Shown piece after piece: positions 9,486 through 16,831 of a stretch of DNA of 40,141 nucleotides. The stretch lies in contig JAFZAM010000117.1 in assembly GCA_017557265.1 (NCBI GenBank), positions 1-40,141 of the forward strand. The letters are read 5' to 3'. The position numbers and the translations under genes were made by a program. Below the pieces are notes generated by a model, which was not told the origin of the DNA, did no database searches, and saw only the letters and a program-made list of their open reading frames with translations. Within the stretch, counting starts at the first letter, position 1. Every line of letters begins with the position of its first letter. The stretch is from Oscillospiraceae bacterium (GTDB lineage: Bacteria; Bacillota; Clostridia; Oscillospirales; Oscillospiraceae).

Positions 9486-10681
9486 GTATCGGGTTCTTCC
9501 TCTCGTGTTTGTATGAGCGGGACTTCGCCGGCTATCTCCTCGACGCACTCGGCCCTGAGCACGACGGTCACGGAGCTCCCGTCTGAAAAGGCCTCGAACC
9601 GCTCGGATACGACCTCGCCGTCGCGGAGCATGGCGCAGAGCCTTCTGTCGAGGTCCGTTTTTAGCATCGTCTCGGCCTCGAGGTACGGCGTCCTCGCGGG
9701 CTCGGTATCGTACGCGGCGGAGATCGTCCCGCGCTCGGACAGCGGCAGCGGAGCGCCGAAGAGCTCCGCTCTCCCGTCAAACAAGATATTATCACAATCA
9801 CGGTCGAAAATTCTACTGTTAATATACAAATTTACCCTCAAATCGCCGAGAAGGAGCGCGGTTTTCCGGTTTTCCGCGCCGGTATATATCTTCGCCCCGT
9901 ACTCGAGCGGCGCGCAGGCCGAGAGGACGTACCACGTCCGGGCGCGCACGGAGCCGCAGCTGTGGACGAGGCGCATCTCGCCCGAGATGCCGGCTACCTC
10001 GCCGGATATGAGCTTCTGCCCCTTGAGCACTGTGTCGCCTGCCTCGACGAGCCCCTGCCCCGCGAAGTCGTCTACGGAAACGACGACGCCCGTCTTCAGC
10101 GCGGCCATGTCGCAGGGCGGGCCGGCGTTGAGTATGGCGGGCGGTGAGCGGCGCTCGCGGACGATGACGGTCATTACGCAGCCCTTGATGTTTATCCCGA
10201 CCCAGCTCAGGCGTCCGACCTTCATGCGTATAAAGGACGCGGCGTACTCTCTGTCAGCCGTCGGGCCGAAGCAGCCGACGCCGAAGCCGGACTCCGAGAG
10301 CGCGGAGATTATCTCGCCGGAGGGGACGGCGACGTTGCCCTCGACGCGCACCTCCCAGATAACGAGCGAAAAATAAAAAGCGGCGAGGACTGCGACAGCG
10401 GCCGCGCTCAGCAGAGCGAGCCGTCTTTTGAACCTCGCGGCAAAGACGAGCGCGCCGCGCCTTTTCACGACCCTCGCGGTAAGGCCGCAGTCCTCCGCGG
10501 CGGCGACGAGGGCCTTTTCACGGTATTTAAGGCAGGCCGCAGTCAGCTTTCCGTCCTCCGTCATGCGCGCGGACCGGAAGGGTATCCCCCGCGCGGCGAA
10601 TACGTTCAGCGCGCGCTCCGGCCTCGACCCGGCGATCTCGACGTAAGACGAGCCGAGCGCGCCTTCAAACAGCCTTCCCAC
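9482..10681 (-). CDS. yqfD: Sporulation protein YqfD
   Basis: 399 aa. The N-terminal region (YVEIAGSRPERALNVFAARGIPF), single TM segment and overall length match the YqfD family. It sits directly downstream of yqfC, as in Bacillus and Clostridium. Confidence 0.8.
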   Translation of the reverse strand: MGRLFEGALGSSYVEIAGSRPERALNVFAARGIPFRSARMTEDGKLTAACLKYREKALVAAAEDCGLTARVVKRRGALVFAARFKRRLALLSAAAVAVLAAFYFSLVIWEVRVEGNVAVPSGEIISALSESGFGVGCFGPTADREYAASFIRMKVGRLSWVGINIKGCVMTVIVRERRSPPAILNAGPPCDMAALKTGVVVSVDDFAGQGLVEAGDTVLKGQKLISGEVAGISGEMRLVHSCGSVRARTWYVLSACAPLEYGAKIYTGAENRKTALLLGDLRVNLYINSRIFDRDCDNILFDGRAELFGAPLPLSERGTISAAYDTEPARTPYLEAETMLKTDLDRRLCAMLRDGEVVSERFEAFSDGSSVTVVLRAECVEEIAGEVPLIQTREEEPDT

Positions 10682-10682
10682 G

Positions 10683-10931
10683 TCAGTCGGCGAAGCTGAC
10701 GGAATCTATCGTCCCCGATACCGTCAGGAAGCTCCCGCTCATCGAATCGACGGAGAGGCCGCGGCCGGATATGCGCAGGCTCCCGTCCGAGAGGCGGACA
10801 GTGATCCCCTCGGGCGAAAAATCGCTTATGCCCCTGTGCGTCTCGACGCTGAGGCTCACGCGCCCCATTATCCTCACCGACGGCGCGGCGAGGACGGGCA
10901 CGGCTCTCGCTGCTCGGTTTCCTGCTTTCAT
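10683..10931 (-). CDS. yqfC: Sporulation protein YqfC
   Basis: 82 aa (MKAGNRAARAVPVLAAPSVRIMGRVSLSVETHRGISDFSPEGITVRL...). GAGGAGG lies upstream of ATG 10931. The longer 204-aa track ORF has no family support. Confidence 0.75.
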   Translation of the reverse strand: MKAGNRAARAVPVLAAPSVRIMGRVSLSVETHRGISDFSPEGITVRLSDGSLRISGRGLSVDSMSGSFLTVSGTIDSVSFAD

Positions 10932-10950
10932 TTTATCGGCCTCCTCTCTG

Positions 10951-10986
10951 TCAATAAACTCTATGTGCAGGCATAAGCTTTTAAGA
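10951..10986. promoter_or_regulatory. Two interleaved divergent sigma-E-like promoter candidates (ylbJ on +, yqfCD on -)
   Basis: Plus strand: TCAATAA (10951-10957), 14 nt, CATAAGCT (10972-10979). Minus strand: TCTTAAA (10986-10980), 14 nt, CATAGAGT (10965-10958). Both were compared with the Bacillus sigma-E consensus ZHATAXX-14-CATACAHT and are partial matches only. Confidence 0.3.
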
Positions 10987-11013
10987 CATCGCGGCATTGG
11001 GAGGCGTGAGAAA

Positions 11014-12183
11014 ATGAGACTTTGGAAAACTGCGAAAAACGCCGCGGTGCCGCTCGGCTGCGCCGTCATGCTCGCGGGGCTTATCGCGTACCCCTCCGGC
11101 TCGGTCGAGGCGGCGAAGCGCGGATTGGATATCTGCCTCGAGCTTATAATACCGTCGCTGTTTCCCTTTTTCGTTCTCTCATCCATGGCGATCGAGCTCG
11201 GGCTCGCGGGTATCCTCGGGAAGGCCGCCGCGCCGCTCATGCGAAGGCTTTTCAGGCTCGACGGGACGTGCGCGCTGCCCTTCCTGCTCGGCTTCATAGG
11301 CGGCTACCCGGTCGGCGCGAGGGCGGCTATAAGCATGTACGGACGCGGGGAGATATCGAAAGGCGACGCGGAGCGGCTGCTCGCCTTCTGCAACAATTCC
11401 GGCCCCGCGTTCATCCTCGGAGTCGTCGGAGCCGGCGTCTTCCGCGACAGCGAAGCGGGTCTGCTCCTCTATCTCGTGCATTTCATTTCATCCGTTATCG
11501 TCGGATTATTATTCAGAGGCTGCCGGCCGGGCTGCGTCCCGGCAGCTTCGGAAAAAGCTAAGGACGCTCCGGCTGAAAAAAAGCGCTTCGGGAAGGTCGT
11601 CACGTCCGGCGTGAGCGGAGCTTTTTCGTCCGTTCTGGGGATATGCGGGTTCGTCGTTTTCTTTTCCGTCGTTATAAAGCTGCTCGTCATATCCGGGCTC
11701 ATCCCCGCGGCGGCGGGAGGCGTCGCCTTCGTTCTCGGGCCGCTCGGAGTGAAGGCCGCCACGGCCGAAGAGCTCATATCGGGGATGATAGAGATGACGT
11801 CCGGCGTCAGCGCGCTGCGCGGAGCGGCGGGAAGCCTCGGAAAAAACGCGGTCATGGCGGCCTTCATGCTCGGCTGGGCGGGTCTCAGCGTCCATTTTCA
11901 GGTGCTGTCGTTTCTCGCGGAGACCGGTCTCTCCTCGAAGACGTACATACTCGGAAAGCTCCTGCACGGGGTCGTTTCCGCGCTTCTCGCGGCGCTCGTT
12001 TTCTCGTTTTACAGCCCCTCCGCGGACGTCGCCCTCGTCATAGCGGACGAGATAGGCGCGCTCTCCGCCGTCAGAGCTCCGCGCGCGGCTCTCCTTTCGC
12101 TGACGGGCGCTCTGCCGCTCGCGCCGCTCTTTGCCGCGGCGGCGATAAAGCGCGCCCGGGAGGCTCGCAGACTATTGAAATAA
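11014..12183 (+). CDS. ylbJ: Sporulation integral membrane protein YlbJ
   Basis: 389 aa polytopic membrane protein (ICLELIIPSLFPFFVLS...FLLGFIGGYPVGA...FCNNSGPAFILG). The start is ATG 11014 with GGGAGG 9 nt upstream. The upstream 81 codons of the track ORF run antisense through yqfC. Confidence 0.8.
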   Translation: MRLWKTAKNAAVPLGCAVMLAGLIAYPSGSVEAAKRGLDICLELIIPSLFPFFVLSSMAIELGLAGILGKAAAPLMRRLFRLDGTCALPFLLGFIGGYPVGARAAISMYGRGEISKGDAERLLAFCNNSGPAFILGVVGAGVFRDSEAGLLLYLVHFISSVIVGLLFRGCRPGCVPAASEKAKDAPAEKKRFGKVVTSGVSGAFSSVLGICGFVVFFSVVIKLLVISGLIPAAAGGVAFVLGPLGVKAATAEELISGMIEMTSGVSALRGAAGSLGKNAVMAAFMLGWAGLSVHFQVLSFLAETGLSSKTYILGKLLHGVVSALLAALVFSFYSPSADVALVIADEIGALSAVRAPRAALLSLTGALPLAPLFAAAAIKRAREARRLLK

Positions 12184-12203
12184 AGAGGCGAATAGTGTAT
12201 AAT
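12175..12203 (+). promoter_or_regulatory. Sigma-A type promoter candidate for the small Cys4 gene
   Basis: TTGAAA (12175-12180), a 17-nt spacer, then TATAAT (12198-12203). It overlaps the ylbJ stop codon. Confidence 0.5.
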
Positions 12204-12236
12204 AAATCAATTTTGATAGAAAGCGAGGTCGCCTGA

Positions 12237-12446
12237 ATGCTTTTCAGAAAAAAGATGGAGCGCGCCTGCACCTACTGTACCGAGGCGACGATACTCGACG
12301 AGGAAAACGCGGTCTGCAAAAAGCACGGAGTCGTCGACCGCTGGGGAAAATGCCGCGCTTTCCGCTACGATCCTCTCAAAAGGGAGCCCGAGACGGACTC
12401 CGCGAAGATCGACACGGACTTCGACGAATCGGATTTCAAGATATGA
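12237..12446 (+). CDS. Small (69 aa) four-cysteine, zinc-ribbon-like protein with an acidic tail; function unknown
   Basis: MLFRKKMERACTYCTEATILDEENAVCKKHGVVDRWGKCRAFRYDPLKREPE... carries CxxC plus two further Cys. Codon usage matches its neighbours. A GAGG lies 8 nt upstream and it has its own near-consensus promoter. Confidence 0.55.
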   Translation: MLFRKKMERACTYCTEATILDEENAVCKKHGVVDRWGKCRAFRYDPLKREPETDSAKIDTDFDESDFKI

Positions 12447-12467
12447 GCTCCGGGCGGCGATTTGCTA

Positions 12468-12496
12468 TTGCAAAGAGCCGGGATAAATGCTATTAT
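12468..12496 (+). promoter_or_regulatory. Sigma-A type promoter candidate for the CNNM-kor-ligase unit
   Basis: TTGCAA (12468-12473), a 17-nt spacer, then TATTAT (12491-12496) preceded by TGc (extended -10). It sits in an AT-rich 113-bp intergenic region. Confidence 0.5.
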
Positions 12497-12559
12497 TAAG
12501 TTTAATATTCTATATGACCTGCAAATAATTATTCGCATGATTGGAGTTGATGTCCTTTT

Positions 12560-13579
12560 ATGGACGACGCGGTACCCCGAAGTATCCTGGTCATAGTTCT
12601 GATAATCCTCGGCGGCTTCTTTTCGGGCGCCGAGACGGCTTATTCCTACTGCAACAAGATACGCATCAAAAAGAAGGCCGACGACGGCGACAGACGCGCC
12701 GCGAGAGTCGAAAAGATACTCGACAGATTCGACAATCTTCTGACGACGCTCCTTATCGGCACGAACGTCTGCCACGTCTTCGCGTCGGCGGCCGCCGCCC
12801 TGCTTTTCGTAAAGCTCATGGGCACGACCGGCGCGGTCGTCTCGACCGTCATAATGACGCTCCTCATCTTCCTCTTTTCCGAGACGATACCCAAGAGCGT
12901 CGCGCGCGCCAACGCCGACGCCTACGCGGCGGCGGTCTCGCTGCCGGTCATGGCGCTGATGTTCATACTTACCCCGCTCAATCTCCTCTTTCGCGGCATA
13001 GGCGGCGTCATAAAGCTCATGTTCCCCAAGCGCGAGGACGTCCCCAGCATCACCGAGGACGAGTTTTCCACGATAGTCGAGAACGTCCGCGACGAGGGGC
13101 TCATAGAGCCGGAGGAGAGCGAGCTTATCAAGTCCGCGATCGAGTTCTCCGACACGGAGGTCCGCGAGGTCATGCATCCCCTCTCGGAGATGGTGGCCGT
13201 CGACATAAAGGCCCCCGAGGCTGAGATAGAGCGCGTCATACTCGAACAGAAATACTCCCGTCTGCCCGTCTACGCGGGCTCGCGCGACAGGATAATCGGC
13301 GTTCTGTGCGTCAAGGACTGTCTGCCGAAATACATCCGCGGCGCAAAGGTGGATACGGGAAAGCTCATGAAGCTCCCCTATCTCATCTCTCCCGAGACGA
13401 AGCTCGACCAGGCCTTCGAGGGTCTCGGAAGAAGGCGCACGCACCTCGCCGTCGTGACAGACGAGAACGGCTGCGCGACGGGCTTCATCACGATGGAGGA
13501 CATCATGGAGGAGCTCGTCGGCGAGATATACGATGAAGACGACGTCGTTCGTCCCGCGAGAAACGAGGCGGCGACATGA
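12560..13579 (+). CDS. CNNM/CorC-family (hemolysin-like) membrane protein with DUF21 TM domain and CBS pair; no C-terminal CorC_HlyC domain
   Basis: 339 aa. N-terminus ILGGFFSGAETAYS, then LLIGTN and ETIPK, then CBS-pair motifs. The protein ends right after EELVGEIYDEDD, where paralogs continue into the transporter-associated domain. Confidence 0.8.
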   Translation: MDDAVPRSILVIVLIILGGFFSGAETAYSYCNKIRIKKKADDGDRRAARVEKILDRFDNLLTTLLIGTNVCHVFASAAAALLFVKLMGTTGAVVSTVIMTLLIFLFSETIPKSVARANADAYAAAVSLPVMALMFILTPLNLLFRGIGGVIKLMFPKREDVPSITEDEFSTIVENVRDEGLIEPEESELIKSAIEFSDTEVREVMHPLSEMVAVDIKAPEAEIERVILEQKYSRLPVYAGSRDRIIGVLCVKDCLPKYIRGAKVDTGKLMKLPYLISPETKLDQAFEGLGRRRTHLAVVTDENGCATGFITMEDIMEELVGEIYDEDDVVRPARNEAAT

Positions 13580-14847
13580 TATACGCTCTGCTGATCCTCC
13601 TGCTCGTCTTCCTCGTGCTCGCGTCCGCGTTTTTCTCCTCGTCCGAGATAATCTACGCGACCGCGAACAAGATACGCCTGCAGAAGAGAGCGGAAAGCGG
13701 CTCGAAGCGCGCGGCGCTCGCCGTCAGGATATCCGACGACTATCCGAACTTCCTCTCGACCGTCCTCGTCGGGAACAATCTCGTAAACATAGCCTTTTCG
13801 TCCGCCGTCGCCGTCCTGGGCCTTAAGCTCTGGAGCATGGGCGAGGGCGCGGCCTCCCTTCTCGCGACGGCGGTGCTGCTCGTCCTCGGCGAGATAATCC
13901 CGAAGCTAATAGGCTCCTACAGACCCGACGAGCTCGTCGTTCCCTACGCGAGACCTCTCAGGTTCTGCAGGATAATCTTCTTTCCCGTCGTATTCGTCGT
14001 GACGAAGCTCGTTAACGCGCTCAGCGTCATCTGGACGCCGAAGGACCCCGAGCCCGAGGTCACCGACGAGGAGCTCGTGACGATACTCGAGAGCATCGAG
14101 GACGAGGGCGTCTTCACTGAAAAGGAAGGCGAGCTCATCCGCTCGGCCATCGAGTTTTCAGACCTCACGGCGCAGGACGTCTTCATCCCGCGCGTCGACA
14201 TGTACGCATGGGACGCCGACGACGACATAGACGAGCTGCTGAAAAACGAGGACTACCTCAGCTTTTCGCGCCTGCCCGTCTATAAAGAGAGCATAGACAA
14301 CATCATCGGCATACTCTCGACCAAAAAGCTCATAAAGACCATTCTCACCGACGGCAAGGAGGGCTTCGACATAACCTCCGTCCTCACACCGGCGGTCTTC
14401 GTCCACAAGACGCGCAATATATCCTCGATACTGCTCGAATTCAAGGCAAAGCGCAGTCAGATGGCCATAGTCGTCGACGAGTTCGGCGGCACGATGGGCA
14501 TACTCACGCTCGAGGATATCCTCGAGGAGATCTTCGGCGAGATATTCGACGAGAGCGACGAGGTCGAGACGGACATCGAGGACGTCGGGGAGAACACCTA
14601 CCTCGTCGACGCGACAGTCGGCATCGAGGAGTTCTTCGACTCGATAGACTACTCGCCCCCCGAGGACTTCGACAGCGAATACACGACCATAGGCGGCTGG
14701 GCCGTCGAGATGCTCGATAAGTTCCCCGAAAAGGGCGACAGCTTCACCTACGACGCGCTTTCCGTCACGGTCACGAAGGCGGCCGGCATGCGCGTCGAGC
14801 AGCTGAAGATAAAGTACGACCGGCCGGCCGAGGAAGACGACGAATGA
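13576..14847 (+). CDS. CNNM/CorC-family membrane protein, full length (DUF21 + CBS pair + CorC_HlyC domain)
   Basis: 423 aa. FFSSSEIIYAT, LVGNN, GEIIPK, a CBS pair, EEIFGEIFDESD, then a CorC_HlyC-like tail (YLVDATVGIEEF...GGWAVEMLDKFPEKGDSF). It has ATGA overlaps at both ends. Confidence 0.85.
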   Translation: MIYALLILLLVFLVLASAFFSSSEIIYATANKIRLQKRAESGSKRAALAVRISDDYPNFLSTVLVGNNLVNIAFSSAVAVLGLKLWSMGEGAASLLATAVLLVLGEIIPKLIGSYRPDELVVPYARPLRFCRIIFFPVVFVVTKLVNALSVIWTPKDPEPEVTDEELVTILESIEDEGVFTEKEGELIRSAIEFSDLTAQDVFIPRVDMYAWDADDDIDELLKNEDYLSFSRLPVYKESIDNIIGILSTKKLIKTILTDGKEGFDITSVLTPAVFVHKTRNISSILLEFKAKRSQMAIVVDEFGGTMGILTLEDILEEIFGEIFDESDEVETDIEDVGENTYLVDATVGIEEFFDSIDYSPPEDFDSEYTTIGGWAVEMLDKFPEKGDSFTYDALSVTVTKAAGMRVEQLKIKYDRPAEEDDE

Positions 14848-15524
14848 ACACGTTTGACCCGACTTCGCTAAACAGAATAACGCTCGTCACCGGCCACTAC
14901 GGCTGCGGCAAGACGAACCTCTCGTTGAACCTCGCGCTCGACTTCGCGCGCAGGGGCGAGAAGGTCGCCGTCGTGGACCTCGACATAGTAAACCCCTACT
15001 TCCGCTCGTCGGACTACGACGAGCTGCTCGAGAGCGGCGGGATACGCCTCATAGCGCCGCGCTACGCGCGCTCTGCGCTGGACGTGCCCTCCCTTCCGGC
15101 GGAGATATACTCCGTCTTCGACAGCATCGACGGCAGGGTCGTCATCGACGTCGGCGGCGACGACGCGGGAGCGACGGCTCTCGGCCGCTACGCCTCTCGC
15201 TTTGCCGGACTCGACTACTCGATGCTCTACGTCGTAAACAAATTCCGCCCGCTCACGGCTGAGAGCCGCGAGGCGGCGGAGCTGCTCGGCGAGATAGAGA
15301 CGGCCTCGCGCCTTAAGGCGACCGCCGTCGTCAACAACTCGCACCTCATGGGCGGCACGACCGCCGAGACGATACTCGGCTCGCTCGACTACGCCGCCGA
15401 GTCCGCGCGGCTGCTCGGGCTTCCCCTGCTCTTTACGACCGCGCCGCGCGCGATAGCCGAAACGCTGACCGTCCCGGATATCTATCCGGTGGATATACAC
15501 GTCAGAACTCCCTGGTCTAACTGA
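14844..15524 (+). CDS. P-loop NTPase of the MinD/ParA/CooC-like (SIMIBI) type; function unknown
   Basis: 226 aa. Walker A GHYGCGKT, a VAVVDLDIVNPYFR switch-like segment and VIDVGGDD (Walker B-like). The start ATG overlaps the CNNM stop (ATGA) and GAGGAAG lies 8 nt upstream. Confidence 0.7.
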   Translation: MNTFDPTSLNRITLVTGHYGCGKTNLSLNLALDFARRGEKVAVVDLDIVNPYFRSSDYDELLESGGIRLIAPRYARSALDVPSLPAEIYSVFDSIDGRVVIDVGGDDAGATALGRYASRFAGLDYSMLYVVNKFRPLTAESREAAELLGEIETASRLKATAVVNNSHLMGGTTAETILGSLDYAAESARLLGLPLLFTTAPRAIAETLTVPDIYPVDIHVRTPWSN

Positions 15525-15539
15525 AAGGAAGATAAGCAT

Positions 15540-15746
15540 ATGGCAAAGATCATCGTCGATGAAAACTACTGCAAGGGCTGCGAGCTCTGCGCCGCCGCAT
15601 GCCCGAAACACCTTATCGCGCTCTCGCCCGACAGGATAAACGCCAAGGGCTATCATCCCGCCGAGCTTACCGATGAGGCCGCGTGCACCGGCTGCGCCTC
15701 CTGTGCCCAGATGTGCCCCGACGCGGCGATCACGGTATATCGCTGA
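15540..15746 (+). CDS. korD: 2-oxoacid:ferredoxin oxidoreductase delta subunit (2x[4Fe-4S] ferredoxin)
   Basis: 68 aa with two CxxCxxCxxxCP motifs (CKGCELCAAACP, CTGCASCAQMCP). Confidence 0.85.
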   Translation: MAKIIVDENYCKGCELCAAACPKHLIALSPDRINAKGYHPAELTDEAACTGCASCAQMCPDAAITVYR

Positions 15747-15763
15747 AGAAAGGATCCGGAATA

Positions 15764-16831
15764 ATGGCAGAAAAAGTTCTTATGAAGGGCAACGAAGCTC
15801 TCGGCGAGGCCGCCATCTGCGCGGGCTGCCGTCACTTCTTCGGCTACCCCATCACCCCCCAGACCGAGCTCGCCGCCTACATGGCCAAGAAGCTCCCCAA
15901 GATCGGCGGCGTCTTTCTCCAGGCTGAGAGCGAGATCGCGTCGATAAACATGGTCCTCGGCGCCTCCGCCGCAGGCATCCGCGCCATGACCTCCACCAGC
16001 TCGCCCGGCATATCCCTCATGAGCGAGGGCATCTCCTACATGGCCGGCTGCGATCTTCCCGCTCTGCTCGTCAACGTCCAGCGCGGCGGCCCCGGCCTCG
16101 GCGGCATCCAGCCCTCCCAGTCGGACTACTTCCAGGCCACGAAGGCGACCGGCCACGGCGACTTCCACCTGATAGTCCTCGCGCCGTCCTCCGTGCAGGA
16201 GGTCGTCGACCTCGTCTTCCTCGCCTTCGAGCTCGGCGAGAAGTACCGTATGCCCGCGATGCTCTTCTCCGACGGCATGCTCGGCCAGATGATGGAGCCC
16301 GTCGAGCTCCCCGAGCAGGGCAGTTTCGACCCGCCCGAGAGGCCGTGGGCCGTCACCGGCACGAAGAAGCAGCGCAAGCACAATATCGTAAACTCTCTCT
16401 ATCTCGATCCCGCTCTTCTCGAGAAGACCAACTTCGACCGCTTCGAGCGCTATGAAAAGTGCAAGGCGACCGAGCAGCGCTGGGAGGAGTTCATGACCGA
16501 GGACGCGGACATCGTCCTCGTCGCCTACGGCGCCTCCTCGCGCATCTGCCGCAGCGCGGTCGTCTCCGCGAGAGCCGAGGGCATCAAGGTCGGTCTTCTC
16601 AGGCCCATCACCCTCTGGCCCTTCGTCACCCAGCCGCTCGACAGGCTCAGCAATACCGCCAAGGCGTTCATCTCCGTAGAGATGAGCATGGGCCAGATGG
16701 CCGAGGACATCTCCCTCGCCGTCAACGGCAGGAGGCCCGTCCGGTTCTACGGCAGGACCGGCGGCATCATCCCCTCGCCGGCCGAAGTCATCGAACAGAT
16801 AAGGATCGTAAACGGAGGTTTGAAGAAATGA
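15764..16831 (+). CDS. korA: 2-oxoacid:ferredoxin oxidoreductase alpha subunit
   Basis: 355 aa (MAEKVLMKGNEALGEAAICAGCRHFFGYPITPQTE...). The start is placed at ATG 15764. The track ORF start at 15683 overlaps korD. Confidence 0.85.
   Translation: MAEKVLMKGNEALGEAAICAGCRHFFGYPITPQTELAAYMAKKLPKIGGVFLQAESEIASINMVLGASAAGIRAMTSTSSPGISLMSEGISYMAGCDLPALLVNVQRGGPGLGGIQPSQSDYFQATKATGHGDFHLIVLAPSSVQEVVDLVFLAFELGEKYRMPAMLFSDGMLGQMMEPVELPEQGSFDPPERPWAVTGTKKQRKHNIVNSLYLDPALLEKTNFDRFERYEKCKATEQRWEEFMTEDADIVLVAYGASSRICRSAVVSARAEGIKVGLLRPITLWPFVTQPLDRLSNTAKAFISVEMSMGQMAEDISLAVNGRRPVRFYGRTGGIIPSPAEVIEQIRIVNGGLKK

Noticed and set aside
7806-10376. 856-aa ORF on the plus strand spanning era, ybeY, phoH and yqfD
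   Set aside because: It runs antisense to four well-supported genes. Its translation is low-complexity (Ala/Arg/Gly/Leu/Val-rich) with no recognisable motifs. This is the classic stop-free shadow frame of GC3-rich coding DNA.
10683-11297. Long (204-aa) version of the yqfC ORF, and the 470-aa version of ylbJ starting at 10771
   Set aside because: The extensions overlap each other antisense and cross the divergent promoter region. Internal ATGs with good Shine-Dalgarno sites (10931 and 11014) give products of the expected family length.
12447-12559. Possible Mg2+ (M-box) riboswitch upstream of the CNNM/CorC genes
   Set aside because: The whole intergenic region is 113 nt including the promoter. 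That is far shorter than an M-box, and it is AT-rich without the expected paired helices.
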